Shown: positions 24,261 to 37,650, counted from the stretch's first letter. The stretch: 64,000 bases of DNA from Vicugna vicugna (GCA_013265495.1 MU057416.1:1048545-1112544), one strand, 5' to 3'. The notes: generated by a model from the letters alone, not told the origin. Made by a program: numbers and translations.

Positions 24261-25119
24261 ACCGTTCCTTCTGCTATTTGATTAGGATCGATTCCCACTC
24301 TTTTTTTTTTTAATGTCCCTGCAAAATGGAAATGTGCATGACCCAACTCATCAAGCAGACATCACACTTTTTCTATGGCCGGCGATTAAAGGTCTGTGGT
24401 TGTCTGATGAATATTCTCCTTTTCCAGATGGAAGAAACCTGAGAAAACTCAACGGAACGTCAAAATGTTGATAAGAAATATGAGATGAGAGAACTTCGTG
24501 ACATGGAGCAGATGGGTAAAATAAATTAATTTGGTCCGTTGCTACCTCTTGGTTCTCATTACAAATCCCTTAACTCCCTGAACCTTGTGTCCGAATTTCC
24601 TCAACTGGGGGGAGAACTGAGGTGAACCAAAAAGCGTACACACAAAAGCGGGGGAAAGTGTCCCGAATAATGCAGAACCCGCTGCCTTCCCCTGGTCCTG
24701 CTCATCCAGGTGCTGGGCGCCAAGGGACTCGCGTCTGCACCGTCTGGCCAAGTGCAGGGCTGTACGTGGCCAGGTGGCAGAAGCCCTACGCCTGGAACCT
24801 GCTTTGCAGAGATCAACACCCACCGATTTGTGAGCCTGGTGGGCAAATAAGACTTGGTGATTGGGGGGTCCCTCGTGAGGACCTGTTTGAAAGGTGACAG
24901 CCTGGTTGACAAGTAGAAATATACTTCTTTGGACACCACTAGCCAAATTAGGTCTAAGAGGATGGCTTTAAAGAAGCAGAGATGAGATTTTAAGTCACAG
25001 GTCAAAAATCAAATACTTCACATTTTTCTCCCTATGAGGTGTGCATTTTAAGTTTCACCTCGGTTCTCTCAGTCCTTAAAAGAAAGAAACCTATATTGGT
25101 CTATTGCTCTCTTGCATTT

Positions 25120-25420
25120 TTTTTAATCTTTTTTTTTAAAAATAGGGTTTATTTTTTGAGCAGTTTTAGATTAACAGCAAAATTGAATAGAAGGTACAGA
25201 GCTTTCCCACATGCCCCCCATCCTCACCCCTTTATCAACTCTCCCCAGGAGCAGGACGTGTGCATCATCACGCAGAGTCCTAGTTTGCATCTGGGTCGCT
25301 CTTGGTGTTATACATTCTACAGGTTTGGAGAAATACATATCCACATGAGTCCACCATGACCGTCTCACACAGAGTAGCTTCTCTGCCCTAAAAACCTCTG
25401 TGCTTGGCCCTCTTCCATTA
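25120..25420 (-). mobile_element. Old L1 (L1MC-like) 3' end
   Basis: tttattttttgagcagttttagattaacagcaaaattgaatagaaggtacagagctttccc. Confidence 0.7.
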
Positions 25421-26042
25421 TTTTTTGTTTTCTACTCTTTTGTCTCTTAAAACTCCAGATGAACCCCTCACTGTGATCCTACTCAATAAAGTTTAAGGAC
25501 AAAATTCCAAATGCATCGATGATGATATGTGGCATTCAAATCCAAAGAGCTGTTGTATAAGATTAACAAGTGATAGTTACATATATTACATATGAGTAAT
25601 TAGCTTTCTTTTAGTTATTTAGGGAAAAAAATGTCAGGTGTTCAAGGCTGTTCATAATCAGACTCTAAGCTCCTCCCTCTAATCTCCTCTACACCCACCC
25701 ATCAGGTCTGCCCACCGCTTCTCCAGCATGTGTCCATTCAAGCCCCTTTATCTCTCTTCAGGCTACTTCTCCCCGAATGCCCTCCATCCTGCACCTCATC
25801 ACCCATCCATCCTTCAAGACCCAGCTGTGTCCTAGCTCACCGGGGATGCTGCTGCTGATTCCCCCACGGGCAGTGACTTTCCCCTCTCTGGACTCTCACT
25901 CGGTCGCCGCTCCATCATTTGGGTTTGATTTATGTACTGGTTTTTACTGCTAGTTAAATTTTCATACGTGTCGGTCTTGTCTCCCCAGTCAAATTGTAAA
26001 CATCTAAAACAGATGGGCTCTGTTATCCTGTTGAAAGAAAGC

Positions 26043-27220
26043 CTATTAGCAATGTTCTCCTAGGGCAGTCTACCCAGGCAGTAGAAATAAAAGCAGAAAT
26101 AAACAAATGGGACCTAATTCAACTTACAAGCTTTTGCACAACAAAGGAAACTACAACCAAAAGGACAACCTGTGGAATGGGAGAAAATGTTTGCAAAGGA
26201 TGCAATTGACAAGGGCTTAATTTCCAGAATACACAAACAGCTTACACAACGTAATAACAAAAAACAAACAGCCCAATCCAAAAATGGGCAGAAGACCTAA
26301 ACAAGCAATTCTCCAATGAAGACATACAATTGGCCAATAGGCACATGAAAAAGTGCTCAATATCACTAATGATCAGAGAAATGAAAATCAAAACTACAAT
26401 GAGGTACCACCTTACACCAGTCAGAATGGCCATCATTAAGCAGTCCATAAACGATAAATGCTGGAGAGGCTGTGGAGAAAAGGGAGCCCTCCTACACTAT
26501 TGGTGGGAATGTAAATTGGTCTAGCCATTTATTGAAAAACAGTATGGATATGCCTTAAAAACCTGAAAATAGACTTACTATATGATCCAGCAGTCCCTCT
26601 CCTGGGCATATATCCAGAGGGAACTCTAATTCGAAAAGATACATGCACCCCAGTGTTCATAGCAGTGCCATTTACAACAGCCAAGACATAGAAACAACCT
26701 AATGTCCATCAACAGATGGCCTGATAAAGATGTTGTGATATATTTATATAATAGAATACTACTCAGCCATAAAAAAGAATAAAATAATGCCATTTGCAGC
26801 AACATGGATGGATCTGGAGATCATCATTCTAAGTGAAGTAAGCCAGAAAGAGAAAGAAAAATACCATATGATGTCACTCATATGTGGAATCTAAAAAAAA
26901 AATGATGCAAATGAACTTTTTACAAAATAGAAACAAACTCACAGACATAGAGAACAAACTTACAGTTTCTGGGAGGAAGAGGATGGGAAGGGATAAACTG
27001 GGAGTCTGAGATGTGCAGATACTAACTACTGTATTTAAAATAGACAACACATTTCTACTGTATGGCACAGGGAACTATATTGACTTTCTTGTAGTCACCT
27101 ATAATGAAAAAGAGTATGAAAAGGACTATGTGTATGTGTATGTATGACTGAAACATGATGCTGGACAGCAGAAATTGACACAGCATTGTAAACTGACTAG
27201 ACTTCAATTAAAAAAGAAAA
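26043..27220 (+). mobile_element. L1 fragment (ORF2 C-terminal Cys-rich domain and 3' UTR)
   Basis: ORF 26330-26524 [35 protein letters not shown]...[22 protein letters not shown] is the L1 ORF2 C-terminus; aaagaaagc flanks both ends (possible TSD). Confidence 0.93.
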
Positions 27221-28789
27221 AGAAAGCATAGTTCTATGCTTAGAGATGCAGCTTATGAAATTCTTTGCACATTTCTCTCATCAACCCAAGTCCATGGTGT
27301 TTCCACCATCAGAAAAGTAGGGATGGTCAGAAGCTGGTAAAGACCATCTCTTTATGTCTCAGTTAAACAGGAAAAGAACCATAACCTGAACCTGTTCAAT
27401 TCACGATGACTAATCCAGGTTTATCTCCAAGCAAATCTTCCCAATCAAGAACCAAGCACTGTGATTCCACCTTCCCTAGATGATTAAATAGCCTGCAGCC
27501 AAGCAGGCCGGCCTTTCCCCCAAACTCCTCCCTCAGCTGTCTGACCATATTCCCCCACCAATAACTGGAACTGTAGCTGACAGAGAAATTATTAGCACCA
27601 GGGTACATTTCCTCTAAATCAACCTGCCCTGACATGCCTTATCAAAAGACAACACTCCTGGTCCTTCTGGAAAACAAAGTACTTTAAAATATTTTGTACG
27701 AGCAAATCCATTTTTGGCACAATCTCTCGTGGAGTTCGACAGAGTGAAGACAACCATAACCTAAAAGGCCTGACCTGAGAACAGCGTGTCTGTGCAATGA
27801 GGGTAAACCGGCTTGGTTGACATAAGGCTACTTTTTGCTTAAAAGCAGTTTTTAGTGCTGTTGAAAGAAACCTGCCCCCCCCTCTTTTTTTTTTCAAGCC
27901 CATCCCTTAGAAGAAAAGAAAATATGGTTGGTGATCATTAGCCAGGTTTATTTTATTTACTAAGATAAGATTTACAGCTTTCAAGTACGAATAACCTCCT
28001 GTGTCCTACCCACAATTACCTCATGACACAGAACATGGTGACCAAGTTTCTTTGTAAATGCTGGACTCTCCCAAGACAGTGAAAATTCCTGGACACCACT
28101 TGCCCCCATGACCTCAAAGAAATGGTCAAATCACAGCCCACCGCTGATTAGGACAATCACATAACAGAAGGTGATGTGTGGAGAATAAGTTATCACAAAA
28201 CAATAGAAAAGGGAAGATAATTTTTAAATGGTATTAGGATGACTAGATAACATCATTGACAGGAAAAAGGAAAACAAAAACAAATGTGTGCATGTGTATG
28301 TGCATGCATGACTGCAACATTGTGCTGCGCATCAGAGACTGACACACTGTAACTGTAAATGACTATACTTCAATTAAAAAAAAAAGGTGGCAAGACAATA
28401 ATTTATATTAAGCCATAAAACCAAACTTTGAAATAGAGTACATCAAGTAACTTTTAAATCATTAAAAATTAGCAGAAAACCATATAGGTCTTTGGAAGAA
28501 TGGCAATACGTCCCTCAGATCTGACACAATTGAATAAAATATGAAAGAAAAGATAACTAGATAAAATATTTGAATTTTTATACAATAAAAAATTCAAAAT
28601 TAGAGGAAAATCCGTAAAAATGCCAGTTGATGAGTGTCATAAATATCTCTTCTTAAGGTTTAAGAATAACAGAACCCCCCAAACAAAAAGGCAAGAGATG
28701 GAAACAGCTAAGGTACATGAAAGAAAATGAAAATTATAAAACAGTACATGTGAGCAGCTAAGGAAATAAAAGTAAATACTAATAACAAC

Positions 28790-29010
28790 AGTAAACATAA
28801 TTAGCATATATTATCCGCTAGGCGCTGGGCTGAACACTTTATAGATGTCCTATTATTTAATCTTAACAATAAACCTAAAGGTAAACATCTCCCCCCCCCA
28901 CTTTGCAGATAACAAAACTGAGGCTTACAGATGTTAGTAACTTAGCCAAGGTCACACAACTTGTATCTGGAGACACAGGGACGGGAACCCAAGCAGCTTG
29001 ATCACAGATC
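28790..29010 (-). mobile_element. MIR element
   Basis: ctttgcagataacaaaactgaggcttacagatgttagtaacttagccaaggtcacacaac. Confidence 0.8.
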
Positions 29011-29462
29011 CTCATACAGGCAGGATACCTACTTGCAAATGATTATCTGCAACGTGGGCAGATGGTGGTGAAACCAGCAGCTCATATGCTGATCAGCACC
29101 AACTGATGTAATTCTCGTGAGAGAAGTGGTAACATGCATTAAGCCATAATGTTGCTTGTCCTGTTTGTACTGATAGTCTCATTTCTTAGGAATTCATCCT
29201 AAGAAAATAATTCTAAAAAAGGAAAAAGGGATGATTTCAGAAAGGTGTCTATTGCATGTTAAGGCAAAAACTGCAAATAATCAGAACTACCACTCTCAGG
29301 AAGATAGAAATTATCAAGTAACTGTTGGCACAAATGCATGGTGGGTAATTAAGCAACTTAGAAAACGTCTTTATAAATCTAAAGTAGCAACAGAGAACAA
29401 CATAGAAAAATGTTAAAATAGAAGGTAACACTTAAATGTTATTCTTGCTCATGATTACAGCA

Positions 29463-29590
29463 GGGGGAGGGTAGAGCTCAGTGGTAGAGCACATGCTTAG
29501 CAGGGCACAAGGTCCTGGGTTCAATCCCCAGAACCTCCATTAAAAAAAAAATTCCTGAAAAAAGTAAATAAATAAATGTAAATAAAGATC
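29463..29590 (+). mobile_element. vic-1-like SINE
   Basis: gggggagggtagagctcagtggtagagcacatgcttagc...ggtcctgggttcaatcccc plus A-rich tail. Confidence 0.9.
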
Positions 29591-29779
29591 AAAAGGAAAT
29601 ACAGAGAAGAAGGAACACCTGTAGTATTTGAATGTCTTGTGAGCATCTCAAACCTACTTGTCCAAGTTGCACTTACCGTCTTTATCCAAATTTTGCAAAA
29701 CAGAAAAATAACTACATAAAAAATTCTAAATGTTTTCACAGGAAACACAGATAAGTATGATCTTATATCCTACTCATAA

Positions 29780-30390
29780 TTCTTTTCTTGTTTCATTTGA
29801 GCCAATTCATCTAAAAACTAGAACAGAGTTAAAAGATCCTACAAAATGTCTTGAAGTTAGTAACAGCTACATCGAGTCTGGCTGAGAAGCCAAGGGCTGC
29901 GCTTCATTTTGGTCTACTCTCCCAAGCGCAAGGTCTTTGCAAAGAACTGGTACATTTTCCCCCACCACAGGGAAATCCTGCTTTTTAATTTGCTGGAAGA
30001 GATGACATGCTGTGTCTAAGATCACATACTAGATGCCTGGCCTCTGGGATCCACTGAAAATAAAATGGCAGGAGCAGTATAAGCACCGACTTTTCAGACG
30101 GCCTCCAAAATGACTCGTGAATTTCCAGAACAGCAGTGCTCAACAAAGCAGTCGAGGCCATGGCCGAACGTCAGATCTGCTGCTGCCAGAGGAACAACGC
30201 TCATCAGATCTGCGTCCAGCTCTGGATAGTTGATGTGGGCGTGATATTTTTGCGATCCTGTTGACCCACAATATGCTCCAGTGTTCACACCCTGGTGTCT
30301 TGATTCTTCTGGTATCTTGTTCATCATCGTCATCAGACTGTATAACATTCTGGCGATAATATGAAAGGTGAACACGAATGCAACACATTA
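29780..30390 (-). mobile_element. Fossil hAT-Tip100-type (Zaphod/Arthur-like) transposase fragment
   Basis: Minus-strand frames give HLSYYRQN..IK..WSIL..IS..QLS, EIHESF, MYQFF and LLSQTRCS, in the order of Tip100/ZMYM1-type motifs; frameshifts and stops present. Confidence 0.5.
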
Positions 30391-31139
30391 TTCGACTACG
30401 TCAACTTGGTTCTCCCTCCAGAGGACAAGCAGCACCATCCAACTGAGCTCCCTACCAGGATGAAAGTGTTCTCTACCCGCGCCGCCCATAGTTGCGGCCG
30501 CTGGCCCCGGAGGGCCGTGAAGCGCTGGCCACGCGGCGAGCGCAGCTGGGGAAGGAACTCTCACCTAAGCCTTGGTAGCCAGCGGCCCCGGCGTCGGACA
30601 GCAGCGGCTGAGCGCACCCTGCCCCTCGGCCGCAGGGGTGCCCATATCCTTTGCTGCTTGAGGGTCTCACCTCTGGAACCAGACACGCCGTCTTCAACAT
30701 CAGACAAATGTCTGCTAAAACAGCCTCAGTTCCCACGTCAAAGACTCGGCCGCGAACTGCTTGACTCAAAGTCCCCGGATGAAATTACTGACACTCCACG
30801 CACACACAGGTTTCAGTTCCATCACAATTCGGTTGATTTGTTCGTTCCAACAGAAGCCTAGTCATTTATACGTTAGCATCACATTGAAAACTTAGATGAA
30901 ACGCTTTGCAACAACCCATGGCCTCGTGCAGTGTTAACCTGTGTTACTATCAGTGTAGACTGGTGCTGCCAACTTGCCCATCTCCATCCCACCACCTGCA
31001 CGTGCTGCTGGCTGCAGACCACACTTTAGCTGAGACAGTGATTTGCACAAGATTGGCAAAGGTTTTTTTTATTTTATTTTATTTTTTAATTTAATTTTTA
31101 AAAATAATTTGTTTACTTGGCATAAATTTTTAATTAATT

Positions 31140-31320
31140 TTTAATTTAAAAATTTTAATTTTCTTATTTTGTAGTCAGTTTACAGTGTTGTGTTAATTTC
31201 TGGTGCATAGTGATTCAACTATACATTCACAGGTGTATGTTCCTTTTCAGACTCCTGTTCATTATAGGCTCTTACAGGTGCTGAATATAGTTTCCTGTGC
31301 TGTACAGTAGGATCCTGTTG
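31140..31320 (-). mobile_element. L1 3'-end fragment
   Basis: tagtcagtttacagtgttgtgttaatttctggtg...gaatatagtttcctgtgctgtacagtagg. Confidence 0.8.
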
Positions 31321-32244
31321 TCAAGACTGGAATAGATTTAAATGTCCTCTGGAGAAACCCCGCGCTCTGTAACAGTGATGAAGTCAGTCCCGCCAGCAGA
31401 ATCATGGCCACCCCAGGGGAAGCAGGAGTCCTTCGCTGGCCGAGAACGTCAGGAGGTGCCGCTTGTCTCCACATACCCCCTCTGCCTTTTCATTAGGAGT
31501 AAGTCATTGTTTTAACTAGATGTGTGATCATTACAAGAAACATTTTTCTCAGCTGCCTTTGCCACCGTGTGGCTGTGTGTCTAAGATCCAGCCAATGGCA
31601 TGCAAGCAGAAGTCGTGCGTGCAAACCCCAGGATGCACCAGGCTCCGATTCCCCGTGAACGTCCTGCCGGTGGAATGTGCCGTATCTTCATGTCTTTGAC
31701 TGATGTGCCTGGCGTGGCCACAGCAGACCCGGATCACCTCCATCTGTGTGGGAGACAAATGACGTGCTGTCTGGGCTGGTGTCGCCGAGACAAACCCTAA
31801 CTAACACACTCGTTACAGTTGACTCAAAGAAATGGCTGCACTTCTCAGGAGTTTCTTCGGGGTTCTCTTCAGTGTGGAAGGCATCTTTATCATCATCAAA
31901 AGAAGGAGCTTTATCAGTACGTTAGTCTAGGGCATCCACAGTAATCAAACCTGCATTAATCAAACCAGAAAGGCTGCCTCTGGTTTCCTGAAGTTCCTCC
32001 GGAAAGCGGCACAGCAGACATCACACCGATGGGTGGAGAGCAAAGCGATTTTCTGCTTCACAGGACGGCTGCTCTCGGGGAACTCCACGTCTTGTGGAGG
32101 GCTCTGTCCTGGGCGCAGCCTCCCATCTGCAGGGCTAGGGCCCACCCAGGCACTCCCCACAAGAGGGGCCAGCAGGCAACTGAGCACTGGAAGCTTCCCT
32201 TTCAGGTTGATGTCTCCCCCACAGATTCCCCTGAGCACCCTTCT

Positions 32245-32474
32245 ACCTACACTTGAGCAACACAGGCCTGAACTGCCTGGGTCCACTGAGATGCAATGGT
32301 TTTTGTTTTCAGTAATAAGTATCACAATAAATTCATGGCTGATTGAATCTGCAAATTCAGAGTCGCCGATATGAAGACTCCACAGGTAGGCGGGCCAACG
32401 ATAAATTATACAGGGACATCTCGCTGTGCAGAGGGTGGGCTCCGCTGACGCCTGCCTTGTTCGAAGGTCAACTG
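32245..32474. mobile_element. Tigger2a-like non-autonomous DNA transposon
   Basis: Left end cttgagcaacacaggcctgaactgcctgggtccact; right end ttgttcgaaggtcaactg, matching Tigger2 terminal inverted repeats as I recall them. Confidence 0.72.
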
Positions 32475-33000
32475 CACTTCTGTCCCTGCCTCCTGACCAG
32501 AGGAACCAGAGGCTCCTGGATCTTGAGGCCGGTCGTGAGCCAGTGGGAGAGGAGGAGGCTGAGCACAACTGAAATTTCAGTCCGTGTTTGTTTACCTTCT
32601 CCTCCCCAGGGCTTTAAGCGCCTTGAAGGGAGGGCTGAGCCTGGGGTCTTCACCGAAGCAGTGTCTGCCCAGGGCAGGAGCTCACGCATGCTTTTTGACA
32701 TTTTATTCACTTCCTCGTGGCTGTCGACTTACTAAGGGATGAGTTATGGCAAGTGGGATCATGTGTGTTACGGCCTTTATTTCTTTTATGGTATCAGAAA
32801 GTTCTCACAGTATTAACATCGGAGCCTGGGGCTCACTTGGGTAATATCTCTCTGGATAAAGCAAATACCACGAGGAAGAGACGACGCTTTTATCCTGCAG
32901 GCACACATCGCGTGCTTATCACACACTAGGAACTGAACTGCGCGTGTTAGAGGACGCGGGGGTGAGTAAGACAAAGTCCTTGCCCCCCAAAACTTAGTCT

Positions 33001-33135
33001 TTTTTAAGTTTAACTATCTGTTGTAATTTATTGTCTTTAACTTTTGTTTTGTTTTGTTTTGTTTTTGAATGCAGGCATTGGGGACCTCACACACACTAAG
33101 CATGCGCTCCACCACTGAGCTATCCCCTCCCCTCC
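33001..33135 (-). mobile_element. vic-1-like SINE (internally deleted)
   Basis: ctaagcatgcgctccaccactgagctatcccctcccc; flanked by aaaa(c/g)ttagtct duplicates. Confidence 0.8.
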
Positions 33136-33815
33136 AAAAAAAAGTTAGTCTCATAATTCAGGGAAAAAACAAACAAACAAGGACAGGTATGCACAGAAGT
33201 AGCACAGGCAGCAGGTGACAAGTGTGGAAGCAGCTCAGAGGGCTCGCTTCTCGCCGGGGGCGCTCAGCGTCCTCCGTGGACGTCCCCTCCCCACTGAGCC
33301 CTCGTTTCTGACTACCGGCTAACTGGCCTGAATCGCCTCCTGAACTAGAAAAATGCCTAGAAACTCGAGGTTTATGTTTTAGCCACTGGAGTAGCTCCCC
33401 TCCTGCGGGGTGGCCCTGGCTGCTCCTCCCAGGGAATACCAGACAGGACGGCGGGACCTGGCGGAAGGCGCCACGACGGACACACACTCCAGTTCGGCAA
33501 GAACAAACAAAGCAAGACCGTCAGGGCTGCACGTGAACGAACGGTTCAGAAAGAGCTAAATAGCGAGAAAGACTATGGTTACTGAGATGAGCAAAGTCAC
33601 AACGCTCACTTCCCATGCAGGCTGGCGCTCTTACTACAAACTTCTAGATCTTACCCCTTTTCGTAAAAATCAAAGAGGGAGGGGATGCTTCTGCGAAGCA
33701 CTTAGAAGAGGCTCTCCTTGTAGTGTTCCCTTCTCTAGAGGCTCCTTGTGGTGTGAAAATTCACAAATCACGTCTTGGCAGTGACCGCTGGCCGCAATCT
33801 TTAAGGTCTGCCCCC

Positions 33816-33891
33816 TTAACAGAGGCACTGGGGACTTAACCCAGGACCTCGCGCACGCCGAGCGCAGCTCTGCCACTGAGCTCAGCCCCCC
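33816..33891 (-). mobile_element. vic-1-like SINE, GC-shifted
   Basis: agaggcactggggacttaacccaggacctcgcgcacgccgagcgcagctctgccactgagctc. Confidence 0.8.
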
Positions 33892-34149
33892 ACGCCAAGA
33901 CCCGCCATGCATGGCAGCGGCGGCACCAGCCACGGTGCTGGTGAGAGTCACCGCCCTGGGGCCTTCAGCACACCCGTCTGCATCCCTCGTAAATTCGCAG
34001 GTGGTCATCGTCCCCATCGTGCAGATGAGGAAGCAGAAGTCCAAGCGTGTTCAGAAACTGGCGCAAGATCAGACAGCAGGTGACTGAGTCAGGATTTACA
34101 CCTCCATCAGTGTGACTCAAAGACCCACGCGCTTCCCTCTCCCTGGCTT

Positions 34150-35050
34150 CCTGCAGGGAAAGCCGCACACGCGCGCGGAGCAGCTCGCCTCCGCGCAGCC
34201 GCCGTGCTCACCGCCCGCGTCCGCTCCACGAAACCCACCGACGGCTGGTAACGCTGGGCGCGGGGTTCCCAGAGCCACCCTGCCTTCTGCCTCCTCCCTC
34301 TGCCTCCCGGCCCCTCTCCGAGGGACCCCCAGCTCCTCTGTCCGCGGGCGGTCTACCCAGTGCAGCCCTGCGTTCACATGTGCTGGACACCGGTAAAGCC
34401 TCCACTCGCAGGAGCTGCTCCGCCCTCTGCGTCTCAAACAAACAAAGAGTCAGAATAAACGGGAGCCTGCAAGCCCAGGGACACCGTCACACACATCCTC
34501 GCTTCTCATTCTGGGTTTCGCACCGATGCCGGGGTTTCCAGGGCCTGGAGACGGCGAACGCCGAGTGCGCGCCGCGCGCACGCGTCACTGCGACGTGACA
34601 CTCGTCGCCCGAGGGAGTCACCACGGCGCCGTGGGGCGCGCCCCGTGAACTGGCCCCGGCTCACGAACCAAGGAACGGGAGTTAAAGTCAGCAGCTTACG
34701 CGGAAGGGCTGCCCCTCGAGTTTCAGGCTCCAGAGCCCGCCCTCCGCGGCCCTGCCCCGCCCGGGGCCCCCATCCATCTGCATCCAGACCAGCCGTCCAG
34801 CGCCAGCTGAGGTTTAGAGGCTGCGTGGCGCCGCGCTCGTCGTTGCTTCGAGTCCACGGCTCCCCGCGGCTGAGCTCCGATCCGTAAGCGGAGGGCTCGT
34901 CCCTCTCTTCCCCACGCACCCAGCGCCGGGACCAACGCGCAGCAGGCGCTCCCGGACCTGGCCTGGGGGAGCCTTTGCGAAGTCCAAAACAGGCCGGCCA
35001 GACGCCGCGGCAGACTGGGGGGGCAATATCCAGGAGCAAACAGCTTCTCA
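34150..35050. promoter_or_regulatory. CpG island (orphan; no linked exon recognised)
   Basis: About 900 bp of high GC and dense CpG, including an NRF1-like tgcgcgccgcgcgca at about 34566. Confidence 0.7.
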
Positions 35051-37401
35051 GCACCCCCCGACTTAAAGGTGTTTTTCTGGTTGCTTTGATACTAACCAGG
35101 TTAAATCAATTAATACTAGCAGAGAAATACTTCAAAACCTGAAACTGCGTTTTCTCCAATTACAATGAGAGCAGTTCAAATTCCAGCACACCGCGTGTGA
35201 GGTCCTACACGTCAGAGAGTCTGCAAAGAATTATAGGTCACAGTTCTTTTCCTTGAGAAATTCGCCACGGACAGAGTCTTTCCTAAGGAACAGAAATTGA
35301 AACAAGCAAGAATAAATGACAACTCGATGAAGTTGGGGGGGTGGGGGAACGACAATACAAAACACCAGCCAAAAAAAACCAAAAAAACCCAAAAAAACCC
35401 TGGCAAGTTATGTAATTAATTGCTAGATGAGAGCATATACAATAAATTTGTCCAAACATTGCTGAAGCAGATTAAATAATCTAATCAAAAGCAGCCGGTA
35501 TGTTTGTAAATCAGAGAATTGACTCAAACAATTACTCAAGAACTGCCTGAGGACTCAGGTAGTAAAGCCAGGTTGGAACCAGGAGACTGGCTTTTGCTGA
35601 CTCCTGGGCTGTTCTGAAACTATCACTTAGTGTTTCTATTTCTCGGTCTGAAAATTGGGGCCAGTAGGTTAAACTAGCCTAGAGATGGATTCTGAAAAAT
35701 AATTAATCTACCAGAAGGGCAGGAAAAGGCTTTTCTAATGTTATAGAGGGGGGAAAAAAACAAAATTTACACTATGGCACAAGTTCAGCAGACTCAAAGC
35801 AGCACGTGGAAATTAAACCCCACTTGAATGTAAAAATGTAGAAACTTCAGGAGACCTCAGACAGGCTTGTATGTTACCAATGGCGGTTCAGTCCAAATCA
35901 GGTCAGTTTCACCACTCTGATGGGATGGTCCTTTTATTTTGCACAAAATATCAGGCACTATTGGATTGTATAGTTTTCTGCAAAGATACCCTTTATTTGA
36001 ATTGATGCTCAGTTGAAAATAGAAGAGAAAATTCGTAGAGATAATTGGGACTTTTAGGGGCAGGATTTCAGTCACTCTCTTTGGTGTTTCCTATCACTTG
36101 AGAAAACAATGTAATCTTTGTAGCCTGTAACGTTCCCAAGGCCCTGAAAATAGATACCTAACATCAAATTGTGCCCTTAATGGACACTAAGTATTGGCAT
36201 AGATGGGGAGGTTTTACTCAATGAATACAAGATATTGCCACAATTTAATTTTACCCTCAGATGGACCAACTTGAGAAAGTCTTCCGATTCTCAGGGACAC
36301 TGGAATGTCAGCTTAACAGTGTTATCTGACATGGTCAGGTCAAGGCAAATTATCTGCCTGGTCTTAGGCGTCCTAACCATCAACTCCCAGGTCCTTAAAA
36401 ACCTAGTTCAACCTGAATCCTTTCCCTTTTTTCCTCTAAGCAACCCGTGGAAGCCTCTATAATTCTCATCTTATAAAAGAATTCATTTAAAGGTGGCTTG
36501 AGAGTTAATGGTTAAACCCATTGTTTGTAGTTTCATGAATATAGGTCACAAGCCTTTAGACAGAAGGTACATAAAGGGGTGGCGAGCAGTTCAGGACCTG
36601 ATTACAACATGTCTGTCAAACCCAGAGGAACAAACAATGTATCTGATTGATTTAAAAAAAAAAAAAAGTCAGCAGACCACTCTTGTGCTTTTAGCCCCAA
36701 ACCTTGCTCCTAAATAAGACTGGAAGTTGAAGAAAAAGCCTTCAACTCCCCAGGAGCCACTCCCTTTAGGGCAAAACTCTCAGTTACATTCAAAATTCTC
36801 ATCTTTCCTCTCGCAGGTTCAGCTGCTGGTGACAGAAGAGCCCACCCATGGACAGTGGCCCCGAGGATGGAGAGATCTCTGGAGAGCAAGACCCGCCCCA
36901 GCCGCGCAGGGCAGAAGAGCTCCTTCACTGCTGTCATTTCTGCTCCGCTCGGCCTCTCGTCTTGTTACAGGGAAGGCCAAATACTAACCCTGCAGACGAA
37001 CAATGTGAAAGAACGACCCTTTGAGAACAGTTTAGGGGGAGGAATATAATTTCTGAGCAGTCATTTTTATTCCTCAAACTAATAGCACATCTCAGTCTCT
37101 CAGTACCAGTGATTTGGACTCTTTGAAGCTGACTGTAATGTGATGTCATCTCCCATGTGAGCATGAACTGTCCCCTTGCCTGTCTGCTCACCAGCACCAC
37201 GTTCGGCATGTGTCATTCAAAAGGTTCTCAGTAATGTGTTCGGTGAACAGCTCTGCGGACGACTCTGGTTTAAACTTAACTGGTGGGGATTTCAGATGAA
37301 AGGTGCAAAGCACGTGTCTGATTGTAAAAGAATATTTAGACTCAAACAGGTAAATAAAATGCAGTTGGAAACTGTGGACGATTAATTAAAAGATTATATG
37401 G

Positions 37402-37650
37402 ATAAATTAGGAGTTTGGGATTAACATATACACACCTGTATATAAAATCGATAAACAACAAGGACCTGCTGTACAGCACAGGGAACTATATACAATTTCT
37501 TGTAATAAACTATAATAGAAAAGAATCTGAAAATGTGTGTGTGTATATATACATATGTGTGTATATATATATATGAATCACTTTGCTGTACACCTGAAGC
37601 TAACATTGTAAATCAACTACACTTCAATAAAAAAAAATTAAATAAAAAAA
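37402..37650 (+). mobile_element. L1 3'-UTR fragment with TSD
   Basis: TSD aaaaga(t/c)tatatgg at 37388-37401 and 37647-37660; internal (TG)/(TA) run. Confidence 0.9.

Noticed and set aside
26330..26524. Cys/His-rich 64-aa ORF
   Set aside because: It is the L1 ORF2 C-terminal domain within a truncated L1, not a host zinc-finger gene.
31960..32568. 202-aa minus-strand ORF
   Set aside because: It crosses a Tigger2a-like element and shows no coding signature.
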